Assembly (NCBI GenBank): GCA_965242925.1
Contig: CBDEUM010000014.1
Location: 416,001 to 480,000 of the forward strand
Direction of reading: 5' to 3'
Source of the DNA: Roseibacillus sp.
GTDB taxonomy: Bacteria > Verrucomicrobiota > Verrucomicrobiia > Verrucomicrobiales > Akkermansiaceae
Length of the DNA: 64,000 bases
The position numbers were made by a program, and so were the translations under genes. This document shows positions 49,398-59,031 of this stretch, piece after piece (position 1 is the stretch's first letter; every line of letters begins with the position of its first letter). Under the pieces are notes generated by a model. The model ran no database searches. It had not been told where the DNA came from and saw only the letters and a list, made by a program, of their open reading frames with translations.

Positions 49398-49423
49398 CTG
49401 CGAGGCAATCCTTCCCCACGCAA

Positions 49424-50782
49424 TTAGTCTGCCCGCGCGGAGGCCGGGGGGGGCTCCCCTGACTCCCGGGAAAGGGCTCCGCCCTTCCGGCCCGCAGGCG
49501 GATCAGGTTTATCGCGGGACGCGTGAAGTTTGCGCAAATCGCCCTTGAGCTTGCGGATCTCCGCCGTTTTCCGGAAGAGGAGCTCTTCCAGTCCTCCCTT
49601 GGCCTTGTTCAGGAAGACCACTTCCCCCCTGGTCTTGTCGAGTTCGCCGGAAGCGATTTCCAGCTGTTTGCCGGTCTCCTGACGAGCCACCTCGGTCTTC
49701 TGACGAGCCGCCTCGGTCTCCTGACGAGCCACCTCGATCTCCTCCAGCTCCATCGCAAGCTGGGTCACGGTCTGCCTCGAAACCTCTGCCTCGGCGCGCA
49801 CACCGGCAATCTGTCCGCTGAGTTCCTCGGCCTCGGCCTCGGCTCGATCGCGCTCCAAGCGGGCCAGCATCCTGGCTTCCCCCGTCGCAACCTTCTCTGC
49901 CTGAAGGGCCTGGAGGCTCTCCCGGGCTTCCTGAAGATCCACCAGGGCCTGGTCCTGCATGCCTTTGGACCTCCCGAGCTGTTTCTTGAGAATCTCCACA
50001 TCCACCAGAGCCTTCATCTGAGCGGCCCTGGAGCTGCGCAGTTCATCACGCAACTCCACTGCCCCGTGGGCCTTGGCGGTTAAGTCCGCGATCCGAGCCT
50101 CCCCGTCCTTCCGGGTGCGGGCTGCTTCCAGGATTGTCTTCTGGCGGGCAATGAGAGCCATCTCCATTTCAGCCCCCAGCCGCTCCTCCCTCGCTTTCGA
50201 CTCCACAAGCTGCTCCTTCAGGTTGGCGCGCTCAATGGGGTCCTGGAGCTCCTGACGCACAAGAGCAATCTCGTCCTTCATGGTGCGGAACTCCTGCATC
50301 ACTTTTGCCATCTCAGCACGAAAATCGCGGATCTCCGCGGAGAGCCTTGGCCCCTCATTGGCCTGGCCCTCCAACGCGGCAGCCTGCGCCTTCCAGTCGG
50401 CGGCCTCCCGACGCGCCTTCTCCATCTCCTCCCGAAACACCTTCCTCTCTTTCAGCATCTCGTGATTTGCCATGGCAAGAGCACTTACCTCTCCCCGTGC
50501 CTGGTCGCGTTGCTCCGCCATGGTCTCCACCGCGCGCTGAGCCGCCATCAGGTTGGCGGCAATCCCTGCCAGGTCCTGGCGCAGGGTCTGCACCCGTGCA
50601 TCTTCGTCCTGATCCGCCACGATGGGGACAACCCCCGGATCCGGAGCAAGCTCCACCAGGGGCGGATCTTCAACGACCGCAATCGCGACAAGCGGGATGG
50701 GCATTTCAGTCTCAACAGACCCGATGACAATATCCGGTTGAACGAGGGACACCAGTGCTGGTGCAAGAAGCAGACTCTTCAT
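49424..50782 (-). CDS. Long coiled-coil protein with possible N-terminal signal peptide
   Basis: About 350 aa of A/E/L/R-rich heptad pattern; hydrophobic start MKSLLLAPALVSL. Confidence 0.75.
   Translation of the reverse strand: MKSLLLAPALVSLVQPDIVIGSVETEMPIPLVAIAVVEDPPLVELAPDPGVVPIVADQDEDARVQTLRQDLAGIAANLMAAQRAVETMAEQRDQARGEVSALAMANHEMLKERKVFREEMEKARREAADWKAQAAALEGQANEGPRLSAEIRDFRAEMAKVMQEFRTMKDEIALVRQELQDPIERANLKEQLVESKAREERLGAEMEMALIARQKTILEAARTRKDGEARIADLTAKAHGAVELRDELRSSRAAQMKALVDVEILKKQLGRSKGMQDQALVDLQEARESLQALQAEKVATGEARMLARLERDRAEAEAEELSGQIAGVRAEAEVSRQTVTQLAMELEEIEVARQETEAARQKTEVARQETGKQLEIASGELDKTRGEVVFLNKAKGGLEELLFRKTAEIRKLKGDLRKLHASRDKPDPPAGRKGGALSRESGEPPPASARAD
49673..49735. repeat. 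3 x 21-bp tandem repeat (one heptad each)
   Basis: GGTCTCCTGACGAGCCACCTC x3, two substitutions in the middle copy; encodes EVARQET-EAARQKT-EVARQET. Confidence 0.9.
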
Positions 50783-50925
50783 GACGATGGAACAGAAACA
50801 GGGGTTGCTCTCCCATGATTTACCGTCAACCGCCACGGCTGCAAAGAATTTAATAAAGTAATCTTAACTAATTGAACCCAATCGCCCAGCCTTCGTTCGT
50901 TTTCAGCCACCTGCCCCGGGTCTCT

Positions 50926-51819
50926 TCACCCTGCAAAGTGATCCCAGCCCCCGGACAGGTCTGACTCTCCTCCAGTTGTTAGAGAACCGATGGGACTCAG
51001 GGAGAGTTTGGGAAACTGTTTCCGCCATGCACTCTCAAGTTGTTTTGCACGACGGGCCGACACCGCCAGCAGGAGTTCATAATCCTCCCCGTCACATAGC
51101 GCTTCTTCCCCCGTGATCCCGCGTGACCTGGGCACCGAGTCTTTCTCTAACAAAAATCCGCAACCGCTGGCGGAGGCCAGGCGGGGAAGATCGCGCGCCA
51201 GTCCGTCGGAAAGATCCATCATGGCATGCAGGGGACCATTCCGGACCAGCCAATTCGCTTCTACCAGACGCGGCATAAAGGTCAGATGACGACCCCGAAG
51301 GGATCCTCCCAGTCGTCCTGTCACGAACAGCACATCCCCGGGACGGCCTCCGCTGCGCAGGGTCACCTCCGACCTTTTTGCCGTTCCCGTGCCGGCCACT
51401 GAGATCATGGCGGGGGCGCCGGCCGGGACCGAGGAGGTCTCCCCTCCCACGATGCAGCAGTCAAAGGCGCGGGCACACTTGTTCATCCCGCGGTAGAGCT
51501 GCTCAACCCAGCGCATTTCGCAACTGCCGGGCAGCGCCAGGGTCACAAGAAGATGGCGCGGCCAGCCCCCCATGGCCGCAAAGTCACTGAGGGTGCGCGC
51601 AATCGCCTTCCAGCCCACCTTTCCCGGAGCAGCCTCCTCCAGGAAGTGCACCCCGCCTACCAGACAGTCGGTTTTCAGGAGTTCCACCTCTCCCCGGCCT
51701 CCCCCTTCTACCACCGCGCAGTCGTCCCCGGGACCGGTAAGAACCCCGGACCCAGCCTCCAGCAGGGTGGTGAGCCGGGCCACCACGGCCTCTTCACCAA
51801 AGGAGGATAAGTCCGGCAT
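50926..51819 (-). CDS. thiL: Thiamine-monophosphate kinase
   Basis: GPGDDCAV, GVHF, LSDFAAMGG, GGET, MDLSDGL, GEDYELL, GWDHF. Confidence 0.95.
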   Translation of the reverse strand: MPDLSSFGEEAVVARLTTLLEAGSGVLTGPGDDCAVVEGGGRGEVELLKTDCLVGGVHFLEEAAPGKVGWKAIARTLSDFAAMGGWPRHLLVTLALPGSCEMRWVEQLYRGMNKCARAFDCCIVGGETSSVPAGAPAMISVAGTGTAKRSEVTLRSGGRPGDVLFVTGRLGGSLRGRHLTFMPRLVEANWLVRNGPLHAMMDLSDGLARDLPRLASASGCGFLLEKDSVPRSRGITGEEALCDGEDYELLLAVSARRAKQLESAWRKQFPKLSLSPIGSLTTGGESDLSGGWDHFAG

Positions 51820-52729
51820 TCTTTTCGAGCTCCTCGAGAAGCTCCGGGTTTAACTTGAGGATGAACTGGATCACGACAGTGGCGGCATTGAAGCAGAAGT
51901 GGATGGCAATGGGAGCCCAGAGGGACCCGGTGTACTCGTAGGCCAGAGCCAGGACGATTCCCAGGACAGTCAGGGGCAGAAGGGCAAGGAGGTTTCCGTG
52001 AACCGCCCCGAAGAGAAGCCCCGTGAAGATCACCGCAAACGGGATATTGGTGAAGCGTTTTACGGCCGCATAAATATAGCCGCGAAAGACCACCTCCTCG
52101 GCAAGGGGGGCTCCCACACAGGCCACCACGGCCACCAGCACGAGGACAAGCAGGTCCTCACTTTCCCCCAGGAGTTTGACCGTCTCCTGCTCCCCGTCGC
52201 CCTCCACAAAACTACTGATCCACTCGTTGTATCCCGTCCCGTCCAGAAAAACCATGAAGGCCCACATCATGAGAATGACCACGGGAGCAAAGACAACCTG
52301 CCACCACGTCCGTTGCCAGCGCAGCCCGAAGGCCTCCACCAGGTTCACCCGGCGAAAGAGGAGGACCACCACCAGCAGGATCTGCAGCCCCTGCAGGAAC
52401 AAGCCGAAAAGTAATCCAACCGAAAGACCCTCCATTTCGCCGAGCTCTCCGGTTTCCTCCCCCCTGCTTGAGAGCCACCAGGTCCCCGCATAGAAGCCAA
52501 AGAACAGGGAAATCCCCAGTAGGTCGACGAGACCAAATCCTCGAATGGGAACGCGTCCCCGGGGGAGGGGCGGAATCCTCCCCGGCCCGGGCTTTCGGAG
52601 CACGTCGGCGCGTCCGATGCGAATGCGGATTCCCCCGTGGCGCAGGGCATAACTGGGCACCGCCCAGAGGAAGAGCATCCCGGCACACAGGGCGAGAACC
52701 GTGTCGATGACTTGAACCTCGATGGTCAT
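51794..52729 (-). CDS. CPBP (Abi/CAAX) family intramembrane metalloprotease
   Basis: PLAEEVVFRG, FGAVH and AIHFCFN motifs. Confidence 0.93.
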   Translation of the reverse strand: MTIEVQVIDTVLALCAGMLFLWAVPSYALRHGGIRIRIGRADVLRKPGPGRIPPLPRGRVPIRGFGLVDLLGISLFFGFYAGTWWLSSRGEETGELGEMEGLSVGLLFGLFLQGLQILLVVVLLFRRVNLVEAFGLRWQRTWWQVVFAPVVILMMWAFMVFLDGTGYNEWISSFVEGDGEQETVKLLGESEDLLVLVLVAVVACVGAPLAEEVVFRGYIYAAVKRFTNIPFAVIFTGLLFGAVHGNLLALLPLTVLGIVLALAYEYTGSLWAPIAIHFCFNAATVVIQFILKLNPELLEELEKNAGLILLW

Positions 52730-52936
52730 GAATCGCGTTGAGCGGAGCCTACGCAGCCGATGCCGCCTTGGCCAGCGGGGGTGCGCGGAAACTAATCAAT
52801 CTCCCGATTCTTCGGGGGAGGCAAAGGGTCCCCGGATCCCCCGCAACCAGAACTAAATGGGCGGGGACAAGGATCCGCGCAGAATACGCCCCTTCTTGAA
52901 GGGTCCCCCCTTCTGCTGGTGGGAGCTCTCCCATCA

Positions 52937-53353
52937 TCATTCAGCAGGTTGCCCGAAGGACGGAGGACCGCCCTGGGACGGTTCCTGATTGCGCATGAAG
53001 TCCGCCACCTGGGCAAAGAAGGCTTCCAGTTCGACGCGCACCTCCGGTGCCACCTCACATTCTCTCATGGCCTCCCCCATGATCTGAAGCCAGCGGTCCC
53101 GCTCCGCCACCCCGATCCGGAAGGGCCCGTGACGCATGCGGAGGCGGGGGTGACCCCGCTGGTCCGGGTAGCGGGAGTCTCCGCCCAGCCGGAAACACAA
53201 AAAGAGATAGAGGCGTTCCTCCGCCCCCGTCAGATCCTGGGCCGGGTACATCGGCCCCAGCAAGTCGTCCCCGGGGATCCGCCGATAGAAGGCCGCGACC
53301 AGCCGGCGCAAGCCCTCGTCTCCCATTTCCCTCCAGATTGCGGCTTCATCCAT
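52937..53353 (-). CDS. Group II truncated hemoglobin (trHbO-like)
   Basis: LVAAFY, LGG...Y...RGHPRLRMRH, ERDRWL..M. Confidence 0.92.
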   Translation of the reverse strand: MDEAAIWREMGDEGLRRLVAAFYRRIPGDDLLGPMYPAQDLTGAEERLYLFLCFRLGGDSRYPDQRGHPRLRMRHGPFRIGVAERDRWLQIMGEAMRECEVAPEVRVELEAFFAQVADFMRNQEPSQGGPPSFGQPAE

Positions 53354-53455
53354 ACCTCGGAAAGGGGGCACTGATGGCTTTTCTTTTCATGAAATCAGGC
53401 ACATCTTCTTTACGAGAAGCGTTCTGCCCAGCGCTTTTTCACCTTTCCACGCACG

Positions 53456-56134
53456 ATGTCCTTCCCCCCACAGTTCGAGGCTCCCACCCCCGAGGAGCTT
53501 CATGAGCTCCTTCCCTCCTACGATGTCCTGGCTTTCATTGCAAAGGGGGGAATGGGGGCGGTCTACAAGGCGCACCAGAAGTCCCTGGAACGCAATGTGG
53601 CAATCAAGATCCTCCCGCGCGAGTTTGGCGAAGACATGGAGTTTCGCAAACGGTTCGAGGATGAGGCCAAGGCGATGGCCAAGCTGAACCACCCGAACCT
53701 TATCAGCGTCTACGACTTCGGTGAAGTCGACCACATGCTCTATATCGTGATGGAGTTCGTGGACGGCAAGTCCCTCCACCACTCCGCCCACGGCAAGGCC
53801 ATCGAACAAAAAGAGGTCGCCCGTCTGGTGACCGGAATCTGCGAGGGCCTCGCCCACGCCCACGAAGCGGGCATTCTCCACCGTGACATCAAACCCGCCA
53901 ATATCCTCCTGGATGGGAAAAAACGTTCTAAAATCGGAGACTTCGGTCTGGCCCGCTTCGCGGAGGAGAACGAGGGAGAAGGCATCATCTTCGGAACACC
54001 TGACTACACTGCCCCGGAGGTGACCAAGAACCCGGGCGCGGTCGATACCCGGTCCGATATTTTCTCCACCGGCGTCATTCTCTACGAACTCCTCACCGGC
54101 AAGCTCCCCGAGAAGAACTACGTGCCCGCCTCACAAATCGAGGATGTCGACCCACGCTTCGACAAGATCGTGCGCCGGGCCACTCACCCCTCACCCATGC
54201 TGCGCTTTGCGGACGGCGAAGCCATGGCCAAGGACCTGAAAGTGCTGCGTGACGCCCTCGACAAGCAGGTTCCCAGCATCATGGCCACCCCCCCTGCCAA
54301 GGTTGCCGCTCCGCCCCCCGGGCCAACTCCCGTCCCCCCCACCGCTCCCGTTCCTCTCACCGGCCCGGCAACCGGCCCGGCAACCATGGAGACCCCCCCA
54401 GTGGAGCCCGCGAATGCTCCCGCCGCTCCCGAAATCCAGATCAAGATCGGAACCAACTGGGACCTCCTGCGCAACCTTGTCATCATCGTCCTCCTGCTGG
54501 CCGCCATCTACGGGATGTACACCGTCTACCAGCAGCAGAAGAAAAAACTCAAGGACGACAAGTTAGTCCAGCAGCAGCGCGAGAATCAGGTCCAGCAGCA
54601 GGAGATTCAACGTTCGCTCAATGAGAAGAAGGCCCGCGAGAGGCGCGCCGCCCTCGAAGCATCCAAGCCGGAGCCTGCTCCCGTAATCCCGGAACCGGAG
54701 CCGGAAACCCCCATGGAAGCACTCGAGCGCCTGAAGCCTGCGCTCACCGCCGGGGAGCGCACCGATTACCCCCCCGGCACCCTCGTGCGCGGCACCAGCC
54801 ACTTCTTCTTTGTGGAAAACAAGCTCAGCTGGCCGCGGGCAGCCGCCTCCGCAGAAGAATACGGAGGACACCTCGCCACCTGCCTCAACGAGGGCGAACA
54901 GAATTGGCTCGCCTCCAAGACTCCCGGCAACACTACGATCTGGCTCGGGGGAGGCGCCACCGGGCGGACGGCTTGGGGCTGGGTTGACGGTTCGCCCTGG
55001 AACCTGCGTAAACCCTCCATCACCACCGGCAACTCCGCCACTCTGAGCGACCTGGGATCCATCCGCTCCCAGCCCGGTGGCAGGAAGTTCCCCTTCTTCA
55101 TCCAATGGCGCAATGACGGCACCAACCCCGGGAACCTGGAAGCCCAGATCACCCGCCTCAAGGCCACCCTAGAAACTCCCGATCCCATCTACCCTCCAGG
55201 GGTCCTCTCCTTTGAGAGCCGCCGCTATCTCGTGATCGAGAGACCGGCGACCTGGGAGGAGGCCAATACCATGGCCAAGGGCACCCACGGACACCTCGCT
55301 GTTCCCAGTGAACCCTCCGAGGGGGACTACCTCCATCGCCTGATCAGCTCCAACCTCGACGAAAATTCCGGAGCGTGGATCGGGGGGCGGCACAACGGTC
55401 GTTCCTGGACGTGGATCACCGGTGAGCCCTGGACCTTCGCCTCCTGGGCCCCCGATTCTCCCGACGGGACGAAAGAAGTCGATAGTGCCGTGCGGCTGGT
55501 GGCCGGGAAAAACGGAGGATGGGACGATGGGAATCCCCGCGACGACCAAGCGGCCGCGGCCTTTGTCATCGAATGGAGCGAGGACCGTGGCAGCACCAGG
55601 CCGGTGGCCATCACATCCGGGACGGGCGACTGGGCCAACCTGCGCGCAGCGACCCAGAAAAAGATCCAGATCCTCGAAGCCAGGTTCACCGAAAAGCTCC
55701 TGGAGAATGGCAAGAGCCTGAAGTGGGATCTCAACTTCTGGCACCGCGGCCTCCGGGACAACGACAAACGCACCTATGAGCCTGCCGTCAAGGGAGTCAA
55801 GGCGAAGGTAGGTCCCAATGGTTCCATCGCGATCCGGACGAATGAAATCAGCCGACTTCCCCTTCCGCCTCGCGGGCAGGATGTCGTCAGCAGTCACCTG
55901 CAGGCCCAGCAGAAACACAAGGACGATCTGCAAGCCCAGGCCAACTGGATTCGCATGGACTACGTCAAGAGCCTGCAGAGCAAAAAGGATGCCTCTGAGG
56001 ACGGGGGGAAAAGCAATGAAATGAGAGCCCTCCAGAACGAGATCGACGCCTGCGGCGAAAGCGGGCGAATCTTCCTCGAGCACCTTGGCTCCGGCATCCT
56101 CCGCAGCCTGGATTCTCCCAAGCAAGCCCCCTGA
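53456..56134 (+). CDS. Hanks-type Ser/Thr kinase, single TM, two C-type-lectin-like domains
   Basis: GGMGAVY, VAIK, HRDIKPAN, DFG, APE; TM at about 54465-54530; SW..A....GGHLA...WLGG/WIGG...W.W..G.P repeats. Confidence 0.9.
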   Translation: MSFPPQFEAPTPEELHELLPSYDVLAFIAKGGMGAVYKAHQKSLERNVAIKILPREFGEDMEFRKRFEDEAKAMAKLNHPNLISVYDFGEVDHMLYIVMEFVDGKSLHHSAHGKAIEQKEVARLVTGICEGLAHAHEAGILHRDIKPANILLDGKKRSKIGDFGLARFAEENEGEGIIFGTPDYTAPEVTKNPGAVDTRSDIFSTGVILYELLTGKLPEKNYVPASQIEDVDPRFDKIVRRATHPSPMLRFADGEAMAKDLKVLRDALDKQVPSIMATPPAKVAAPPPGPTPVPPTAPVPLTGPATGPATMETPPVEPANAPAAPEIQIKIGTNWDLLRNLVIIVLLLAAIYGMYTVYQQQKKKLKDDKLVQQQRENQVQQQEIQRSLNEKKARERRAALEASKPEPAPVIPEPEPETPMEALERLKPALTAGERTDYPPGTLVRGTSHFFFVENKLSWPRAAASAEEYGGHLATCLNEGEQNWLASKTPGNTTIWLGGGATGRTAWGWVDGSPWNLRKPSITTGNSATLSDLGSIRSQPGGRKFPFFIQWRNDGTNPGNLEAQITRLKATLETPDPIYPPGVLSFESRRYLVIERPATWEEANTMAKGTHGHLAVPSEPSEGDYLHRLISSNLDENSGAWIGGRHNGRSWTWITGEPWTFASWAPDSPDGTKEVDSAVRLVAGKNGGWDDGNPRDDQAAAAFVIEWSEDRGSTRPVAITSGTGDWANLRAATQKKIQILEARFTEKLLENGKSLKWDLNFWHRGLRDNDKRTYEPAVKGVKAKVGPNGSIAIRTNEISRLPLPPRGQDVVSSHLQAQQKHKDDLQAQANWIRMDYVKSLQSKKDASEDGGKSNEMRALQNEIDACGESGRIFLEHLGSGILRSLDSPKQAP

Positions 56135-56186
56135 GGCGCAAAAACACCCGGACGCGAACCCGGCCCTCGAAGCCGGGTTCCCGCGC

Positions 56187-56215
56187 TTGCGCATGCTCGC
56201 AATGAGGGGCATAAT
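56187..56215 (+). promoter_or_regulatory. Sigma-70-type promoter for the second kinase
   Basis: TTGCGC-17 nt-CATAAT, preceded by a 9-bp hairpin at 56156-56180. Confidence 0.55.
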
Positions 56216-56246
56216 GCCGTGTTCATTCCCCTCCCAAGCATCCCCC

Positions 56247-58895
56247 ATGTCCCCTGATCTCGAATTCCGTGCTCCCAGTATCGAGGAGCTGCAGCCGCAC
56301 TTCCCGGCCTACGAGATCACTGCGTTCATCGCCCAGGGAGGAATGGGAGCCGTCTACGCTGCCCGGCAGGTCTCCCTCGATCGCCCGGTCGCAATCAAGA
56401 TTCTGCCGCGCCAGTTCGGCGCGGACCCGCAATTCCGGACCAGTTTCGAGTCGGAAGCCAAATCGATGGCCCGCCTCAACCATCCCAACCTGATTGGGGT
56501 CTACGACTTCGGAGATGCGGATGGGATGCTCTACATCATCATGGAGCTGGTAGAGGGAAAGTCCCTGTTCCATTCCGCCCACGGCAAGACCATCGACCAG
56601 GGGGAAGCGGCCCAGCTGGTGGCCGGCATTTCGCACGGACTGGCTCATGCTCACCAGCACGGCATCCTGCACCGTGACATCAAACCCGGCAATATCCTCC
56701 TCGGCCCGGAAGCCGTCCCGAAGATCGGGGACTTTGGATTGGCCCGCCCGGTGGGCGAAGGGCATAACCCGGATGAAATCGTGTGGGGAACCCCCGGCTA
56801 CAGCGCGCCGGAAGTGGTCAACAATCCCGGCGAGGTTGACCAGCGGGCGGATATCTTTGCGGTGGGCGTTCTCCTCTACGAACTGCTCACCGCCCAGGTT
56901 CCCACCGAGCCCTGGCAACCACCATCGGTGGTAGTCCAGTGCCGCCCGGAGTTCGACGCGATCATCCGCCGAGCGACGCATCCCTCCCGGGACATGCGCT
57001 ATGCGGACGCCGAGAAACTGGCCAAAGAACTCGATCAGCTTGGCGAAAAGATCAAGAAGCCGGCCCTGCGCCGCCCCAAGGCTCCCCCGCCCTCCACTCC
57101 CAGGCCGGGCATCTCCCCGATTGGCGTGCGCCCCACCACCCCGGCCCTCGCCCCCCCCGCGGCGACGTCTCAATCGATCCCGGTAGTCGGCATCCTCGTT
57201 GTCCTGGGTGTTCTCGGAGTGATCGGGTTCATCCTGCTTGGCTCCGGCAAGGGAAAGGACCGCAATGAGATGACCAGGCCCCTCGAGCAACCCCTCTCCC
57301 AGCCCAAGCCGAAGCCCTCCACCGTCAGGGAAACTCCGCAGAAAAAGAAGGAACCCCCTGCTCCCAAGCCCGCAGATCCGGAGCCTCCCAAGCCTGAATC
57401 CGTCGAAAGCACCAGCCAGGCCCTTGCCCGGCTCAAGGCCAGGCTGAAGGCGGGTGATTTGTCCGAGCTTCCCAAGGGAACCGCCAAGCGGGGGGATTCG
57501 CATTTTCTTCTCGTGACCGAGGCTCTCCCCTGGCAAGCGGCCTCGCACTTCGCAGAGGGCCACGGAGCGCAGCTGGCGGCCTTGCCGACCAAGGACGATC
57601 TCTCCTGGGCCGTTTCCGAGCTGAAAATCGGCAGCCCTGCTTGGATTGGTCTCTCGGACTCCGGGATGGAGGGAAAGTGGTACTGGGTCGATGGAGGGGC
57701 TCCCGGACAGGATCTCTGGGCGGCGGGCCAGCCCGACGAAAGCAACTCCACCGACGGCGGCCAGGACTACGCCGCGCTCCTTCCCGACCACTCGCTGGAC
57801 GACTTTGCCGCTTCGCGCAATCTCCCCTTCCTGCTGCAGTGGAGTAAGGGAGGCAATGAAGGGTCAATTGCCCGGCAACTTGAGCGGGTCGCCGCCTCCC
57901 TCAAGGCCAAGCAACCCGTCTTTCCTTCCGGAACGCAGAACATCAACGGTTCGCGCTTTCTGGTGGTTCCCGAATCAGCCTCCTGGGGGGATTCCCACAA
58001 TATGGCCCTGGCCGCCGGGGGACACCTCGCGGTTCCCTCCAACAACGCGGAAGCGACCTGGATCATCGAATTCATGCAGAAGTTACTGGGAGAAGGGGAC
58101 GGTTGCTGGATCGGAGGCAGCCAGAAGGGCGTAGCCACCCCCATCTGGACCTTCGTGACGGGCGAACGTTTCGATTTCGTTGCCTGGGCACCCGGGCAGC
58201 CCGGCGAGGGAACCGACTCCCGGAAATCCCTGCAACTCTGGCGGGGGGAAGACCGTGAGTTCGGCTACCGGAACGTGACGGGAGAGCCCATGGAGGCCAG
58301 TTACTTTCTCGTGGAATGGTCGGCTCCCTCCCGACGGAACATGCCGGGGGCCGGGGAAAAGAACCGGCCGGCTGGAGTCGAGGACTGGCTGGTCAAATTG
58401 CGCCAGCTCTTTCGCGACCAGGAAGAGGCTTCCCATGACCGCTGGAAGCGGCGCCACGACAAGAACCTCAAGGATTTTATCGACGAAATGGAAAGCGAGA
58501 CGAGCTCAGCCCGCCGCTTCAGCCGGGAGGCGGAGAGATTCATTGATGGCATCACCGACGGGATGAAGGAGAAAGGTGAGCTTCCCGCTGCCCTTGACTT
58601 GCCCAGATGGGTCAGAGGCGACCTCGAAAAGGAACACGAGAAGGCTCTCGACAAGCAGAATAAGATCTGGGCCGAATACGAAGCTGATTTTGAAAGCGCC
58701 CAGGAGCGCTACCGTGCCCAGGTCGGCAAAGAGGCCCGGCGCCGCCAGGCACAGGGAGACCGTGAGGGAGCGGCTTACCTCACCCGCGAGGTCACTGCGG
58801 CCGCCGAGAAGGCCTACTTTCTCGCCATTCTTGGCCGCGAATTCCCCGAAGTTCCTGAAGGGCTGGAGAAGGACCCGGGCGACGACGATCGGTGA
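56247..58895 (+). CDS. Paralogous Ser/Thr kinase, single TM, two C-type-lectin-like domains
   Basis: Same architecture: HRDIKPGN, DFG, GTPGYSAPE; TM VVGILVVLGVLGVIGFILL; WIGLSD..EGKWYWVDG..W..GQPD. Confidence 0.9.
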   Translation: MSPDLEFRAPSIEELQPHFPAYEITAFIAQGGMGAVYAARQVSLDRPVAIKILPRQFGADPQFRTSFESEAKSMARLNHPNLIGVYDFGDADGMLYIIMELVEGKSLFHSAHGKTIDQGEAAQLVAGISHGLAHAHQHGILHRDIKPGNILLGPEAVPKIGDFGLARPVGEGHNPDEIVWGTPGYSAPEVVNNPGEVDQRADIFAVGVLLYELLTAQVPTEPWQPPSVVVQCRPEFDAIIRRATHPSRDMRYADAEKLAKELDQLGEKIKKPALRRPKAPPPSTPRPGISPIGVRPTTPALAPPAATSQSIPVVGILVVLGVLGVIGFILLGSGKGKDRNEMTRPLEQPLSQPKPKPSTVRETPQKKKEPPAPKPADPEPPKPESVESTSQALARLKARLKAGDLSELPKGTAKRGDSHFLLVTEALPWQAASHFAEGHGAQLAALPTKDDLSWAVSELKIGSPAWIGLSDSGMEGKWYWVDGGAPGQDLWAAGQPDESNSTDGGQDYAALLPDHSLDDFAASRNLPFLLQWSKGGNEGSIARQLERVAASLKAKQPVFPSGTQNINGSRFLVVPESASWGDSHNMALAAGGHLAVPSNNAEATWIIEFMQKLLGEGDGCWIGGSQKGVATPIWTFVTGERFDFVAWAPGQPGEGTDSRKSLQLWRGEDREFGYRNVTGEPMEASYFLVEWSAPSRRNMPGAGEKNRPAGVEDWLVKLRQLFRDQEEASHDRWKRRHDKNLKDFIDEMESETSSARRFSREAERFIDGITDGMKEKGELPAALDLPRWVRGDLEKEHEKALDKQNKIWAEYEADFESAQERYRAQVGKEARRRQAQGDREGAAYLTREVTAAAEKAYFLAILGREFPEVPEGLEKDPGDDDR

Positions 58896-59031
58896 GGCTG
58901 CCGATCCGCTCGCCGAGCGCCGCCAGAAGGAGGTGATCGATCCCTCTTCTCGTTCCCCGCCGGGGGCGATCTGGATTGCCGCAAGGCCAATGGACTGGCC
59001 AAGAGCTCTCCCAGCTCCCTAAGCTAACCCC

